64,000 bases of DNA from Escherichia coli (GCF_045037415.1 NZ_CP173438.1); one strand, 5' to 3'; counted from the first letter of the stretch, positions 1 to 12,291 are shown. Notes: generated by a model from the sequence alone, not told the origin. Translations and numbers: made by a program.

Positions 1-330
1 GCTGACCACCCCGAGAATGAACATCGCCGCCGAGAACAGCGCCAGGCTGTGGCTGAACATCAAACCGGCAACCGCCAGCACCATCAGGAGAAAGCCAAAA
101 CGTAACTGCGTTTTCAACGGGACGATTTCCATCAGCCAGGCGTTGAGGAAGATAGAGATTAAAATGCCGGCATTGAGGAAGGTGAAGGTGTTACTCATGC
201 TGGAAACAGGCAGATTGAAATAATCGGCGATATTTCCCATCACCATCCCGGTGACAATAACCAACGCACCGGTCAGTGCGTAGGAAAGAAAGCTAATCCA
301 TGTGAGCTTGATGCGATTGCTGTTAGTCAT
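1..330 (-). CDS. tsgA: MFS transporter TsgA, 5' partial (N-terminal 110 codons; gene continues beyond window start)
   Basis: Manual translation of minus strand from ATG at 328-330: [38 protein letters not shown]..., hydrophobic TM segments; divergent from ppiA as in E. coli; not in ORF track because it is truncated by the window edge. Confidence 0.8.
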
Positions 331-452
331 GATTGGCCTGCGTTCAAAAATAAAATGGCATAGCGGGCTATGCCGCGAGCGGGCGATTTTAGGCGATTTT
401 GTGATCTGATTAAATGTTTTATTGCAATCGGTTGCTAAATTGCATTTTAAGA

Positions 453-468
453 GGTGATTTTGATCACG
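453..468. promoter_or_regulatory. Candidate CRP binding site (GGTGAttttgaTCACG) in ppiA/tsgA divergent promoter region
   Basis: Matches TGTGA-N6-TCACA consensus at 8 of 10 half-site positions; second weaker CRP-like site TGTGAtctgatTAAAT at 401-416; ppiA is known to be cAMP-CRP controlled. Confidence 0.45.
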
Positions 469-591
469 GAATAAAAAGTTATCCTCAGGTTACATATATT
501 TCAGATACGTAAAATTAGGTAAAGGGATGGCCTTGTTCTTGAAGGCTATTTAGAATCTCTTCACTTGCTTTTTTTCTGCTCTGTTTGTTAA

Positions 592-1173
<582 letters not shown>

Positions 1174-1182
1174 TGATTTCTC

Positions 1183-1210
1183 GCGCGGGCAATCTTGCCC
1201 GCGCTTCTGC
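1183..1210 (+). terminator. Putative intrinsic terminator after ppiA (GCGCGGGCAA / TTGCCCGCGC stem)
   Basis: 10-bp perfect inverted repeat with 2-nt loop directly after ppiA stop, followed by T-rich stretch ttctgct. Confidence 0.45.
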
Positions 1211-1277
1211 TCTCCCGGCGTAACCCGGATTTGCCGCTTATACTTGTGGCAAATGGACACGTTCAGGGAGGCATCAA

Positions 1278-1445
1278 GTGAAGAAACTCACCGATAAGCA
1301 AAAGTCCCGTCTCTGGGAGCTTCAGCGTAATCGTAATTTCCAGGCCAGTCGCCGTCTTGAAGGCGTCGAGATGCCTTTAGTCACTCTTACTGCCGCAGAG
1401 GCTTTAGCGCGCCTTGAAGCGCTGAGGAGGCACTATGAGCGATAA
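1278..1445 (+). CDS. yhfG: Small protein YhfG (55 aa), Fic-associated, GTG start
   Basis: Manual translation [55 protein letters not shown]; below 60-aa ORF cutoff; overlaps fic start by 11 nt. Confidence 0.8.
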   Translation: MKKLTDKQKSRLWELQRNRNFQASRRLEGVEMPLVTLTAAEALARLEALRRHYER

Positions 1446-2037
1446 ATTCGGCGAAGGGCGCGATCCATATCTCTACCCGGGTCTCGATATCATGCGTAAC
1501 AAGCTCAACATCCGCCAGCAGCAGCGGCTGGAACAGGCCGCTTACGAAATGACGGCGCTGCGTGCTGCGACCATTGAGCTTGGTCCGCTGGTGCGCGGTT
1601 TACCGCATTTGCGCACTATCCATCGCCAGCTGTATCAGGATATTTTCGACTGGGCAGGGCAACTGCGTGAAGTTGATATTTATCAGGGAGATACGCCGTT
1701 CTGCCACTTTGCCTATCTCGAAAAAGAGGGCAATGCCCTGATGCAGGATTTGGAGGAAGAGAAGTATCTGACTAGCCTTGAGAAAGATAAATTCGTCGAG
1801 CGGTTGGCGCATTACTATTGTGAAATCAACGTGCTGCATCCCTTCCGGGTGGGAAGTGGTTTGGCACAGCGGATCTTCTTCGAGCAACTGGCGATTCATG
1901 CCGGATATCAACTGAGCTGGCAGGGTATCGAAAAAGAGGCCTGGAATCAGGCAAATCAGAATGGGGCAATGGGGGATCTCACCGCGCTGCAGATGATATT
2001 TAGCAAAGTGGTAAGCGAAGTCGGGGAATCTGAGTAA
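1435..2037 (+). CDS. fic: Fic-family protein (filamentation induced by cAMP)
   Basis: 200-aa [21 protein letters not shown]...; Fic-motif region reads [12 protein letters not shown] (non-canonical). Confidence 0.9.
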   Translation: MSDKFGEGRDPYLYPGLDIMRNKLNIRQQQRLEQAAYEMTALRAATIELGPLVRGLPHLRTIHRQLYQDIFDWAGQLREVDIYQGDTPFCHFAYLEKEGNALMQDLEEEKYLTSLEKDKFVERLAHYYCEINVLHPFRVGSGLAQRIFFEQLAIHAGYQLSWQGIEKEAWNQANQNGAMGDLTALQMIFSKVVSEVGESE

Positions 2038-2068
2038 AATAGCGCGGTTCTTTCGTACCGGAGCCGCC

Positions 2069-2632
2069 ATGATCCTGCTTATTGATAACTACGATTCTTT
2101 TACCTGGAACCTCTACCAGTACTTTTGTGAACTGGGGGCGGATGTGTTGGTTAAGCGCAACGATGCGTTGACGTTGGCGGATATCGACGCCCTTAAACCA
2201 CAAAAAATTGTCATCTCACCCGGCCCCTGTACGCCAGATGAAGCCGGGATCTCCCTTGACGTTATTCGTCACTATGCCGGGCGTTTGCCGATTCTTGGCG
2301 TCTGCCTCGGTCACCAGGCAATGGCACAGGCATTTGGCGGCAAAGTTGTGCGCGCCGCAAAGGTCATGCACGGCAAAACCTCGCCGATTACACATAATGG
2401 TGTGGGCGTATTTAAGGGGCTGGCAAATCCACTCACCGTGACACGCTACCATTCGCTGGTGGTGGAACCTGACTCATTACCGGAGTGCTTTGAAGTGACG
2501 GCCTGGAGCGAAACCCGCGAGATTATGGGGATTCGCCATCGCCAGTGGGATCTGGAAGGTGTGCAATTCCATCCAGAAAGTATTCTTAGCGAACAAGGAC
2601 ATCAACTGCTGGCTAATTTCCTGCATCGCTGA
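2069..2632 (+). CDS. pabA: Aminodeoxychorismate synthase component II (glutamine amidotransferase)
   Basis: 187-aa [22 protein letters not shown]..., class-I GATase with catalytic Cys in GVCLGHQ. Confidence 0.95.
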   Translation: MILLIDNYDSFTWNLYQYFCELGADVLVKRNDALTLADIDALKPQKIVISPGPCTPDEAGISLDVIRHYAGRLPILGVCLGHQAMAQAFGGKVVRAAKVMHGKTSPITHNGVGVFKGLANPLTVTRYHSLVVEPDSLPECFEVTAWSETREIMGIRHRQWDLEGVQFHPESILSEQGHQLLANFLHR

Positions 2633-2654
2633 TTTCTGATTGCTATTAAGTGAT

Positions 2655-2692
2655 TTTTTATGCATATTTTGTGATTATAATTTCACATTGGT
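2655..2692. promoter_or_regulatory. AT-rich near-palindrome (GTGATTATAATTTCAC) in argD promoter; candidate ArgR operator / -10 region
   Basis: Near-palindromic AT-rich element containing TATAAT about 40 bp upstream of argD start; argD is an ArgR-regulon gene; assignment is tentative. Confidence 0.3.
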
Positions 2693-2702
2693 TTATGCGT
2701 AA

Positions 2703-3938
<1,236 letters not shown>

Positions 3939-3943
3939 ATAAG

Positions 3944-3992
3944 ACGCATCAGGCAAAAGATGTCGGATGCGGCGTGAACACCTCATCCGATG
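3944..3992. repeat. REP (repetitive extragenic palindromic) element between convergent argD and yhfK
   Basis: Sequence CGCATCAGGC...GTCGGATGCGGCGTGAACACCTCATCCGATGG resembles the E. coli REP consensus (GCCGGATGCGGCGTGAACGCCTTATCCGGCCTAC). Confidence 0.55.
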
Positions 3993-4004
3993 GTTTAGCC
4001 TGTA

Positions 4005-6107
4005 TTACGCCTTCGAATCCCGCAACTTGCGACTCAGCCAAATCCCGTGATGCGGTCGCTGCCGCCATGCCATCGACGAAATGGTGTGCATGGTGTTCAG
4101 ATGGCCAATAACCCGTTGTAAATGCTGCTCCAGCGTACCTGCCGCGCCTTCGTGCGGCTGCATCTCCGGCGCATCCATGATATTGGCATCGCCAGAACTA
4201 CCCGGTTCGTCATACTCCAGTCGCTGCTGACAACGCTGAATGGCGATTTCACAAGACTGTAAATACTCTTGTGCCAGTTCCGGTGGCAATGCCCGGTGTT
4301 CCCGCGCCAGCGTGGTCATGGCATTAATATGCTCAACAATAAACTGGCTGTGCGTTACCCACAGTTTCATATCTGCCAGATAATGGCTGTTAAACGCCGG
4401 TTCCTGCATCGCCTGATTCAATGAGTTATACAGAGTATTATGCGCCTGATTTACCCGCATTCGCTGCCAGGCCAGTGGAGTAGGTTGCGGGTCCTCGCTC
4501 AGAATCAAGCGAATCGCGTCCTGATAGGCTTCTAAAGCGTCATGGGCGTTCTTACGCAATAACCCGCTCTGCCACTGCGGCCACAGCCAGACAGTACCGC
4601 CGAAAGCAATTAAACAACCAATAATGGTATCGATAAGACGCGGAAGGATGTACTGCTCACCGTTCAGCCACAACAGTTGCAGGGTATACACTGCGGTAAT
4701 AGTAAAACCGACCGTCGCCCAGCCGTAGTTTTTGCGCAATATCAGGTAGCTGGCGAGGGTGGTAATCAGCATCAAGGTCAGGGTGTAACCTTCGGGAATT
4801 TTAAAGTGTAGCGCCACGCCTGCAATGATTAACCCGACCACGGTTCCTACGGAGCGATTTACAATCCTCAGACGGGTTGCGCCATAGCCATTTTGCGTCA
4901 CCAGCAATACTGTCATCAGGATCCAGTACGACTTCGGCAGATGCAGCGCGGTGCCCATCAGGCTGGCAACGCTTAACATCACACTGAGTCGTCCGGCATT
5001 GCGTAGCGCTGGAGACTTTAGTGACAGATAACTTTTCAGCGCCGGAAGTAATGGCATTCGCCGCTGTTTATCGGCCAGTAAGTCACGGGCATAGAGCGGT
5101 TTTTGGGTGCGCAGCACACGAGCAATGCGGCTGAAATGCCAGTAGCAGAATTGCCCAACCGGATTATCCGGGTGTTGGCGGGCGATTTTTTCCAGTGCGC
5201 CAATTTGCTTTTCCATCGTAAAACGCGTTGGCAGGCGATGGTAAAGAATGTCATCAGCCAGCACGCGCAGGCGAGCGGCGACGGTTTGCGCATTCCAGCG
5301 GATAACTTCTTCCGCATGGCTACGCTCGACCAGCTTTTGCACCTCTTCCGGCTGATGCAAACTGACCGAAATATGTTCCTGCAAATCCAGCGCCTCCTGG
5401 AAAATACGCAGCATCCGCTTGTAATCGGTATTATTTTGCGCGGAAAGCATATGCATTTGCTGATAGCACTGGGTAATTAGATCGACCGCTTTTTGCTGGC
5501 GCACCAGCAGCGGCGGCAGCGCTTTTTCAGGGTCGGTGTGCTGGGTAAGCAGGCTGTATTTGGCTTCACAGTAATCTGCCAGTTCACGGTACAGCAGACT
5601 TAGTGACTCGCGTAGCGGTTGTTCGCGCCAGATCCAGAACCAAAACCAGTTAAACAATCCGTACCACAAAGTGCCCAGCGCATAGATGAGCAACGGTTCC
5701 CAGACCGGCATGTATCCCGCCAGACTGAGGGTAAAAATGGCGGCGAGCAGCGATGCGGGAAGCAATTTTGCGTGCAATGGCCCCAGCTCAGCAGTGACGC
5801 CAAGTACCAGCGTTAATCCGGTCAGCAAAAAGGGCAGGGGAACATCTTTTGCCAGTAGCACCTGTGTCAGCAAGCTACAGGTGGCAAACAGCGACGCACC
5901 AATGATTAAGCGTTTGAAAAAACGTTTATGAGGCGTATCAAGGCCCGCAATATTGCAACAGGCAGGAACGAGGGAGAAGAGCAGGCCGAATCGTAATTCG
6001 CCAAGCATTAACCCAACGGCCACGGGCAAACATAGCACCAGCGTTTGTCGAAGTGCATAGTTGATATCGGGGTGATAAATCAGTCTGCGCCACATCGGGG
6101 GAAACAA
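4005..6107 (-). CDS. yhfK: Inner-membrane protein YhfK (YccS/YhfK family)
   Basis: 700-aa ORF with many hydrophobic TM segments; position between argD and crp; true start may be the internal Met at 6095. Confidence 0.85.
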   Translation of the reverse strand: MFPPMWRRLIYHPDINYALRQTLVLCLPVAVGLMLGELRFGLLFSLVPACCNIAGLDTPHKRFFKRLIIGASLFATCSLLTQVLLAKDVPLPFLLTGLTLVLGVTAELGPLHAKLLPASLLAAIFTLSLAGYMPVWEPLLIYALGTLWYGLFNWFWFWIWREQPLRESLSLLYRELADYCEAKYSLLTQHTDPEKALPPLLVRQQKAVDLITQCYQQMHMLSAQNNTDYKRMLRIFQEALDLQEHISVSLHQPEEVQKLVERSHAEEVIRWNAQTVAARLRVLADDILYHRLPTRFTMEKQIGALEKIARQHPDNPVGQFCYWHFSRIARVLRTQKPLYARDLLADKQRRMPLLPALKSYLSLKSPALRNAGRLSVMLSVASLMGTALHLPKSYWILMTVLLVTQNGYGATRLRIVNRSVGTVVGLIIAGVALHFKIPEGYTLTLMLITTLASYLILRKNYGWATVGFTITAVYTLQLLWLNGEQYILPRLIDTIIGCLIAFGGTVWLWPQWQSGLLRKNAHDALEAYQDAIRLILSEDPQPTPLAWQRMRVNQAHNTLYNSLNQAMQEPAFNSHYLADMKLWVTHSQFIVEHINAMTTLAREHRALPPELAQEYLQSCEIAIQRCQQRLEYDEPGSSGDANIMDAPEMQPHEGAAGTLEQHLQRVIGHLNTMHTISSMAWRQRPHHGIWLSRKLRDSKA

Positions 6108-6145
6108 AATGGCGCGCTACCAGGTAACGCGCCACTCTGACGGGA

Positions 6146-6778
6146 TTAACGAGTGCCGTAAACGACGATGGTTTTACCGTGTGCGGAGATCAGGTTCTGA
6201 TCTTCCAGCATCTTCAGAATGCGTCCCACGGTTTCACGAGAACAGCCGACAATCTGACCGATTTCCTGACGGGTAATTTTGATTTGCATACCGTCCGGGT
6301 GAGTCATAGCATCCGGTTGTTTTGCCAGATTCAGCAGAGTCTGTGCAATGCGGCCCGTCACGTCGAGGAACGCCAGGTTGCCCACTTTCTCTGAAGTGAC
6401 TTGCAGACGACGCGCCATCTGTGCAGACAGACGCATCAGAATGTCCGGGTTTACCTGAATCAATTGGCGAAATTTTTTGTACGAAATTTCAGCCACTTCA
6501 CAGGCGGTTTTCGCACGTACCCATGCGCTACGTTCCTGGCCCTCTTCAAACAGGCCCAGTTCGCCAATAAAATCACCCTGATTCAGATAGGAGAGGATCA
6601 TTTCTTTACCCTCTTCGTCTTTGATCAGCACTGCCACAGAGCCTTTAACGATGTAGTACAGCGTTTCCGCTTTTTCACCCTGGTGAATAAGCGTGCTCTT
6701 GGATGGGTACTTATGAATGTGGCAATGAGACAAGAACCATTCGAGAGTCGGGTCTGTTTGCGGTTTGCCAAGCACCAT
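6146..6778 (-). CDS. crp: cAMP receptor protein (catabolite activator protein)
   Basis: 210-aa [53 protein letters not shown]..., cNMP-binding domain plus C-terminal [23 protein letters not shown]. Confidence 0.98.
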
Positions 6779-7079
6779 GCGCGGTTATCCTCTGTTATAA
6801 GCTTTCTCCAGAGCCAGATAACGCCGCTGTCTCTGGATTGCCGAAATATGCTTCCCGCTACCTGGGAAGGGGCTATCAACTGTACTGCACGGTAATGTGG
6901 CGTCCTTTGCATACATGCAGTACATCAATATATTACTGTAGCATCCTGACTGTTTTAGCATAGCTTTCGCTTTGTGTCTCCTGGTGTCTCGCTTCAGCAT
7001 GACCCAGGTCGCCTTCCGTTGCGCGATTTGGTTAGTACGCGTACTCTGTCAGGAAAATTGACGCAGTGGAGTAGCAAAA

Positions 7080-7484
7080 ATGCAAGCGCGAGTGAAGTGG
7101 GTCGAAGGGTTAACTTTTCTGGGCGAATCCGCCTCTGGTCACCAGATTTTAATGGACGGCAACTCAGGCGATAAAGCACCAAGCCCGATGGAAATGGTGT
7201 TGATGGCGGCGGGTGGTTGCAGTGCCATCGATGTGGTTTCTATCCTGCAAAAAGGGCGTCAGGATGTGGTCGATTGTGAAGTAAAATTGACCTCTGAGCG
7301 CCGCGAAGAGGCACCACGCCTGTTTACGCACATTAATCTACATTTTATCGTCACCGGTCGCGATCTGAAAGACGCAGCGGTTGCGCGTGCGGTTGATCTT
7401 TCTGCCGAGAAATATTGCTCAGTGGCGCTGATGCTGGAAAAAGCGGTGAATATTACTCACTCGTATGAAGTGGTTGCCGCGTGA
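7080..7484 (+). CDS. yhfA: OsmC-family protein YhfA
   Basis: 134-aa ORF MQARVKWVEGLTFLGESASGHQILMDG..., OsmC/Ohr fold; divergent from crp. Confidence 0.85.
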   Translation: MQARVKWVEGLTFLGESASGHQILMDGNSGDKAPSPMEMVLMAAGGCSAIDVVSILQKGRQDVVDCEVKLTSERREEAPRLFTHINLHFIVTGRDLKDAAVARAVDLSAEKYCSVALMLEKAVNITHSYEVVAA

Positions 7485-7504
7485 TTTAACTATCCCGTTG
7501 TGAA

Positions 7505-7526
7505 GCCGGATAGTATTTTATCCGGC
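7505..7526. terminator. Putative bidirectional terminator hairpin between convergent yhfA and prkB
   Basis: 8-bp stem GCCGGATA / TATCCGGC with 6-nt loop in the 54-bp gap between two convergent stops. Confidence 0.4.
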
Positions 7527-7538
7527 GTAATAGCAGCG

Positions 7539-8408
7539 TTACTCGATTTTCTTTCCTTCCATCAATCGTTGCACCAGCGGCAGCATAATTAATTCCATTG
7601 CCAGACCCATTTTGCCGCCAGGCACCACTAACGTATTGATGTGGGAAATGAATGAGCCTTGCAACATCGCCAGCAGCCAGGGGAAATCGATCCCTTCCAG
7701 ATTACGAAAATGGATCACCACAAAGCTTTCATCCAGTGACGGGATACCTTTTGCCGCGAACGGGTTTGAGGTGTCGACGGTGGGAACGCGCTGGAAGTTA
7801 AGATGGGTGCGGGAAAACTGCGGTGTGATGTAGTTGATATAGTCTTCCATTGAACGCACTACCGAGTCCATCACTGCTTCTCGTGAGTGCCCGCGCTCGC
7901 TGGTGTCGCGGATCAGTTTTTGAATCCACTCAAGGTTAACGATAGGCACCACGCCGACCAGTAAGTCCACATGCTGCGCAACGTTATGCTGTGGCGTGAC
8001 TACGCCGCCGTGTAAACCTTCATAAAACAGTACATCAGTGGGTTCCGGTAAAGATTGCCAGGGGGTGAATGTCCCCGGTACCTGATTCCACGGTACGGCT
8101 TCATCGTAGGTATGCAGATATTTGCGAGATTTCCCTTTGCCACTCTGACCGTATTCAATGAAGGTTTGTTCCAGAAGGCCGAAGTCGTTCGCTTCGGGGC
8201 CGAAGTAGCTGATATGCCGCCCGGCGTCGCGCGCTTTGCGGATCGCCATGTCCATTTCCGGGCGGGTATAACGGTGAAAACTGTCGCCTTCCACCTCGGC
8301 TGCATGCAGATTTAACTGCGCGAATATTTTACGAAACGCGAGGCTGGTGGTGGTGGTCCCCGCGCCGCTGGATCCTGTTACCGCAATGACCGGATGTTTG
8401 GCAGACAT
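7539..8408 (-). CDS. prkB: Phosphoribulokinase homolog
   Basis: 289-aa ORF MSAKHPVIAVTGSSGAGTTTTSLAFRKIF... with P-loop; PRK/uridine kinase family. Confidence 0.9.
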   Translation of the reverse strand: MSAKHPVIAVTGSSGAGTTTTSLAFRKIFAQLNLHAAEVEGDSFHRYTRPEMDMAIRKARDAGRHISYFGPEANDFGLLEQTFIEYGQSGKGKSRKYLHTYDEAVPWNQVPGTFTPWQSLPEPTDVLFYEGLHGGVVTPQHNVAQHVDLLVGVVPIVNLEWIQKLIRDTSERGHSREAVMDSVVRSMEDYINYITPQFSRTHLNFQRVPTVDTSNPFAAKGIPSLDESFVVIHFRNLEGIDFPWLLAMLQGSFISHINTLVVPGGKMGLAMELIMLPLVQRLMEGKKIE

Positions 8409-8461
8409 AGTAACTCCATGACTTAGCTATCATTATTATCTCGTCCGCCGACGGTTGCAGG

Positions 8462-8680
8462 TTATTCGCGAAACTGACTGCGCGGCATGATATTGACCGT
8501 TTCGTGCAGCTCCGACCATACCAGCACCGCTTCTCCGCACTGTAGCTGGCGTTTGACGTCGGCGACTTTCTGTTCAAGTGTACGCTCATGTTCACCATAA
8601 TCGGTGCCTTCACGTAACACAAAGCTTTCAATTAAATTTTCCAGCGTTTCGGGGGAGAGGTCTTGCCACGGAATCAACAT
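8462..8680 (-). CDS. yheU: UPF0270 protein YheU
   Basis: 72-aa [42 protein letters not shown]...; overlaps yheT stop. Confidence 0.8.
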
Positions 8681-9696
8681 GATTTCGCCTCCAGATACGT
8701 TGTTAACCAGTCAGGAATGCGTGACTCCAGCCACATTTGCGGATGAAGTAATGTACCGCCAATAAAGCCAACATGACCGCCATGTTCAGTCAGCTGATAC
8801 TCCACCTGCGGGGGGAGACTTTCCGGTTTCGGGATCACCTGATGATCCATAAACGGATCGTCTTTGGCGTGAATAATCAGTGTCGGTTTGGCTATCCGAT
8901 TGAGCATCGGCATGGCGCTACACTGACGATAATAGTCGATAGCGTCAGCGTAGCCGTGAATTCTGGCGGTGATGAGATCGTCAAATTCACGGATGCGACG
9001 TACCGATTTTAACTGCGCGAGATTAATCGGCAGTGTTCCGGGGTAGGCTGCCAGCTTGCGCGCGGCATTGGCTTTTAACAGGTTCAGCAAGTAACGCTGA
9101 TAAATGCGGGAAAAGCCCTTTTCCATATGGTAACTACAGGCCTCCAGCATAAACGGCGCAGAGACAATCACCGCCGCATCAATCGGGAGATCATTACCTT
9201 CTTTTGCCAGCAAACAGGCCAGCATATTACCGCCGAGCGAATAGCCGACGGCAGCCGTTGGCGCATGACCAAACTCGCGTTGCAGCCAGCGTAAAAACCA
9301 ACTGGCGTCTTCGGTTTCGCCCGAATGGTAAATGCGGTGCATACGGTTTGGTTCACCGCTGCATCCGCGAAAATGCATCACCACGCCCAGCCAGCCGCGC
9401 TTTTGCGCCGCCTCAACCAGACCGTGAGCGTAAGGGCTATTGAGACTGCCTTCCAGCCCGTGAAATACCACTAAACGCGGTTTATGCCGCGCCTGTGCAG
9501 GATCTTCACTCCATGCGAGATCGACAAAATCGCCGTCGGGCAACTCCAGTCGATGCCAGTGCGGGGTGAATTTCACCTTGCGACGAAACAGACGCGGCAG
9601 CATGGTTTGCAGATGACAATTGCTAAAGCCGCGCATAGGGGTGAATTCAGCACTGCTGCTAAATTCATTGGCATCGGTCGTCGTTATCTGCGCCAT
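8674..9696 (-). CDS. yheT: Alpha/beta hydrolase YheT
   Basis: 340-aa ORF with GYSLGG nucleophile-elbow motif; start overlaps yheS stop by 1 nt. Confidence 0.85.
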
Positions 9697-11609
9697 CAGT
9701 TGCTTTGGCCTTCCAGCAGCATCTGCTCAAGCTGCTCCTGGGCTTCCAGCCACGCCATTTCGCACTCTTCCAGGCCGGATTTGGCGCTGGCTTGCTGTTG
9801 CAGGCAGGCGGTCAACTCCGCTTTACGGCTCTGGTCATACAGTTCGCTGTCGCCGAGTTTCTCTTCCGCCTGCGCCAGTTGCGCGTTCAGCTTCTCCATC
9901 TCTTTTTCCAGACGGGCAATCTCTTTACGCAGTGGCTGGGTTTGCGCACGCAGCTCCGCTTCCCGACGCTTCTGATCTTTACGTGCCTGGGCGCTGTTCG
10001 CGTTCTCTTTTGGCGCTTCGTCGGCCTGGTTTTCCTGCTTTTGTACGTCGCTCAACCACTGTTGATAATCTTCCAGATCGCCGTCGAACGGTTCGACTTT
10101 ACGATCGTGAACCAGGTAGAGATCGTCAGTGGTGGAACGCAGCAAATGACGGTCGTGCGAGACGACAACCAGCGCGCCTTCGAACTCGATTAATGCTTCA
10201 GTGAGTGCCTGACGCATGTCGAGGTCAAGGTGGTTAGTCGGTTCGTCGAGCAGCAGCAGATTCGGACGCTGCCAGACAATTAATGCCAGCACCAGGCGGG
10301 CTTTTTCCCCACCGGAAAAGCGGCGCGTTTCTTCGGTTACTTTATCGCCCTGGAAACCAAAGCCGCCGAGGTAATCACGCAGTTTTTGTTCCAGCTCCTG
10401 CGGCGCTAAACGTGCCAGATGTTGAATAGGCGATTCGTCGGCGCGCAGGTATTCAAGTTGATGCTGGGCGAAGTAGCCGAGCTTGATCCCTTTCGCCAGA
10501 CCAATTTCACCGCTGACTGGCGCAAGTTCACCGGCTAACAGTTTGATTAATGTCGATTTACCCGCGCCGTTGCGGCCTAGCAGACCAATGCGCGAGCCGG
10601 GGACCAGATTCAGTTTAATCGAGTCGAGAATAATGCGATCACCATAGCCTGCGCTGACTTTTTCCATCTTTAATAACGGATTAGGCAGGCTTTCCGGCGC
10701 GCGGAAGCTAAAGCGGAACGGGTTGTCGACGTGCGCCGGGGCAATCAGCTCCATACGCTCCAGCATCTTAATACGGCTCTGGGCCTGCTTCGCTTTGGTG
10801 GCTTTGGCACGGAAACGGTCGATATAACTTTGCAGATGCGCTACGCGTTCCTGCTGGCTTTCGTACATCGCTTGTTGCTGCGCCAGACGGGTGGCGCGCT
10901 GTACTTCAAACGAACTGTAGTTGCCGGTGTACTCGAACATGCTTTGTTGTTCGATATGAATAATTTTATCAACGATCGGATCGAGGAAGTCGCGGTCGTG
11001 AGAGATCAGGATCAGCGTGCCCTGATAGCTCTTCAGCCATTTTTCCAGCCAGATAACGGCATCGAGATCGAGGTGGTTAGTCGGTTCGTCGAGCAGCAGC
11101 AAGTCTGAACGGCAAATCAGCGCCTGGGCAAGGTTAAGACGCATACGCCAGCCACCGGAGAAATCACTTACCGGGCGCTCCAGTTGTTCATTGCTGAAAC
11201 CGAGGCCGTGCAGCAGGCTGGCGGCACGGGAGCGAATACTCCATGCGTCAATAGCATCCAGCTTGCCATGAATGGTTGCAATGGCTTGCCCGTCGTTACG
11301 TTCGTTGGCGTCGTGTAGCTGCGCTTCCAGTTGACGATATTCACGGTCGCCGTCAATGACATATTCCAGCGCCGCTTGCGGTAACGCCGGTGTTTCCTGA
11401 TTCACCCACGCCAGTTGCCAGCTTCCCGGAAAGGTGTAGCTGCCGCCGTCGGCGCTGATTTCATTTTTCAGCAATGCCAGCAGGGTAGATTTACCACAGC
11501 CGTTTTTACCCACCAGGCCGACTTTCTGCCCAGGGTTGATGGTGGCGGTGGCATTATCCAGCAGGACGCGCACGCCGCGACGAATTTGTAACGAGGAAAA
11601 AACAATCAT
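9696..11609 (-). CDS. yheS: ABC-F family ATPase (two ABC cassettes, no TM domain)
   Basis: 637-aa ORF with two Walker A motifs (GKNGCGKST, GRNGAGKST), two LSGG signature regions and a charged C-terminal coiled-coil. Confidence 0.9.
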   Translation of the reverse strand: MIVFSSLQIRRGVRVLLDNATATINPGQKVGLVGKNGCGKSTLLALLKNEISADGGSYTFPGSWQLAWVNQETPALPQAALEYVIDGDREYRQLEAQLHDANERNDGQAIATIHGKLDAIDAWSIRSRAASLLHGLGFSNEQLERPVSDFSGGWRMRLNLAQALICRSDLLLLDEPTNHLDLDAVIWLEKWLKSYQGTLILISHDRDFLDPIVDKIIHIEQQSMFEYTGNYSSFEVQRATRLAQQQAMYESQQERVAHLQSYIDRFRAKATKAKQAQSRIKMLERMELIAPAHVDNPFRFSFRAPESLPNPLLKMEKVSAGYGDRIILDSIKLNLVPGSRIGLLGRNGAGKSTLIKLLAGELAPVSGEIGLAKGIKLGYFAQHQLEYLRADESPIQHLARLAPQELEQKLRDYLGGFGFQGDKVTEETRRFSGGEKARLVLALIVWQRPNLLLLDEPTNHLDLDMRQALTEALIEFEGALVVVSHDRHLLRSTTDDLYLVHDRKVEPFDGDLEDYQQWLSDVQKQENQADEAPKENANSAQARKDQKRREAELRAQTQPLRKEIARLEKEMEKLNAQLAQAEEKLGDSELYDQSRKAELTACLQQQASAKSGLEECEMAWLEAQEQLEQMLLEGQSN

Positions 11610-11736
11610 AAGGCGCCGTATGTTCAGACTATGTTAACTTATCATTATGATAATGTAATGTATGGGCGAGCTGCCGCACCGGGCGCAATGGTAGCCCAAA
11701 ACAGCGACTATACACAAAAACCATACCGGGAGGGGG

Positions 11737-12291
11737 ATGATGTCTCAGCCAGCGAAAGTTTTGCTGCTGTATGCCCATCCGGAATCTCAGGACTCGGTGG
11801 CAAACCGGGTTCTGCTTAAACCGGCCACGCAGCTCAGCAATGTTACCGTGCACGACCTTTACGCGCACTATCCCGACTTTTTTATTGATATCCCTCGTGA
11901 GCAGGCATTACTGCGCGAGCACGAGGTGATTGTCTTTCAGCATCCTCTTTATACCTATAGCTGCCCGGCGCTACTGAAAGAGTGGCTGGACCGGGTATTA
12001 AGCCGTGGTTTTGCCAGCGGACCGGGGGGAAACCAACTGGCGGGAAAGTACTGGCGTAGCGTGATTACCACCGGGGAGCCGGAAAGTGCTTACCGTTATG
12101 ACGCGTTGAATCGCTATCCGATGAGCGATGTTCTGCGCCCCTTTGAACTGGCGGCGGGCATGTGCCGGATGCATTGGTTAAGCCCCATCATTATTTACTG
12201 GGCGAGACGGCAAAGCGCACAGGAGCTGGCGAGCCACGCCAGAGCCTACGGTGACTGGCTGGCAAATCCGTTGTCTCCAGGAGGCCGCTGA
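11737..12291 (+). CDS. kefG: Glutathione-regulated K+ efflux system ancillary protein KefG
   Basis: 184-aa [30 protein letters not shown]..., flavodoxin-like quinone oxidoreductase fold; stop overlaps kefB start. Confidence 0.9.

Noticed and set aside
9484..10204. Plus-strand ORFs 9484-9975 and 9620-10204 with Ser/Arg/Ala-rich translations
   Set aside because: Antisense to yheS/yheT, low complexity, no start context; yheS on the minus strand has clear ABC-F motifs.
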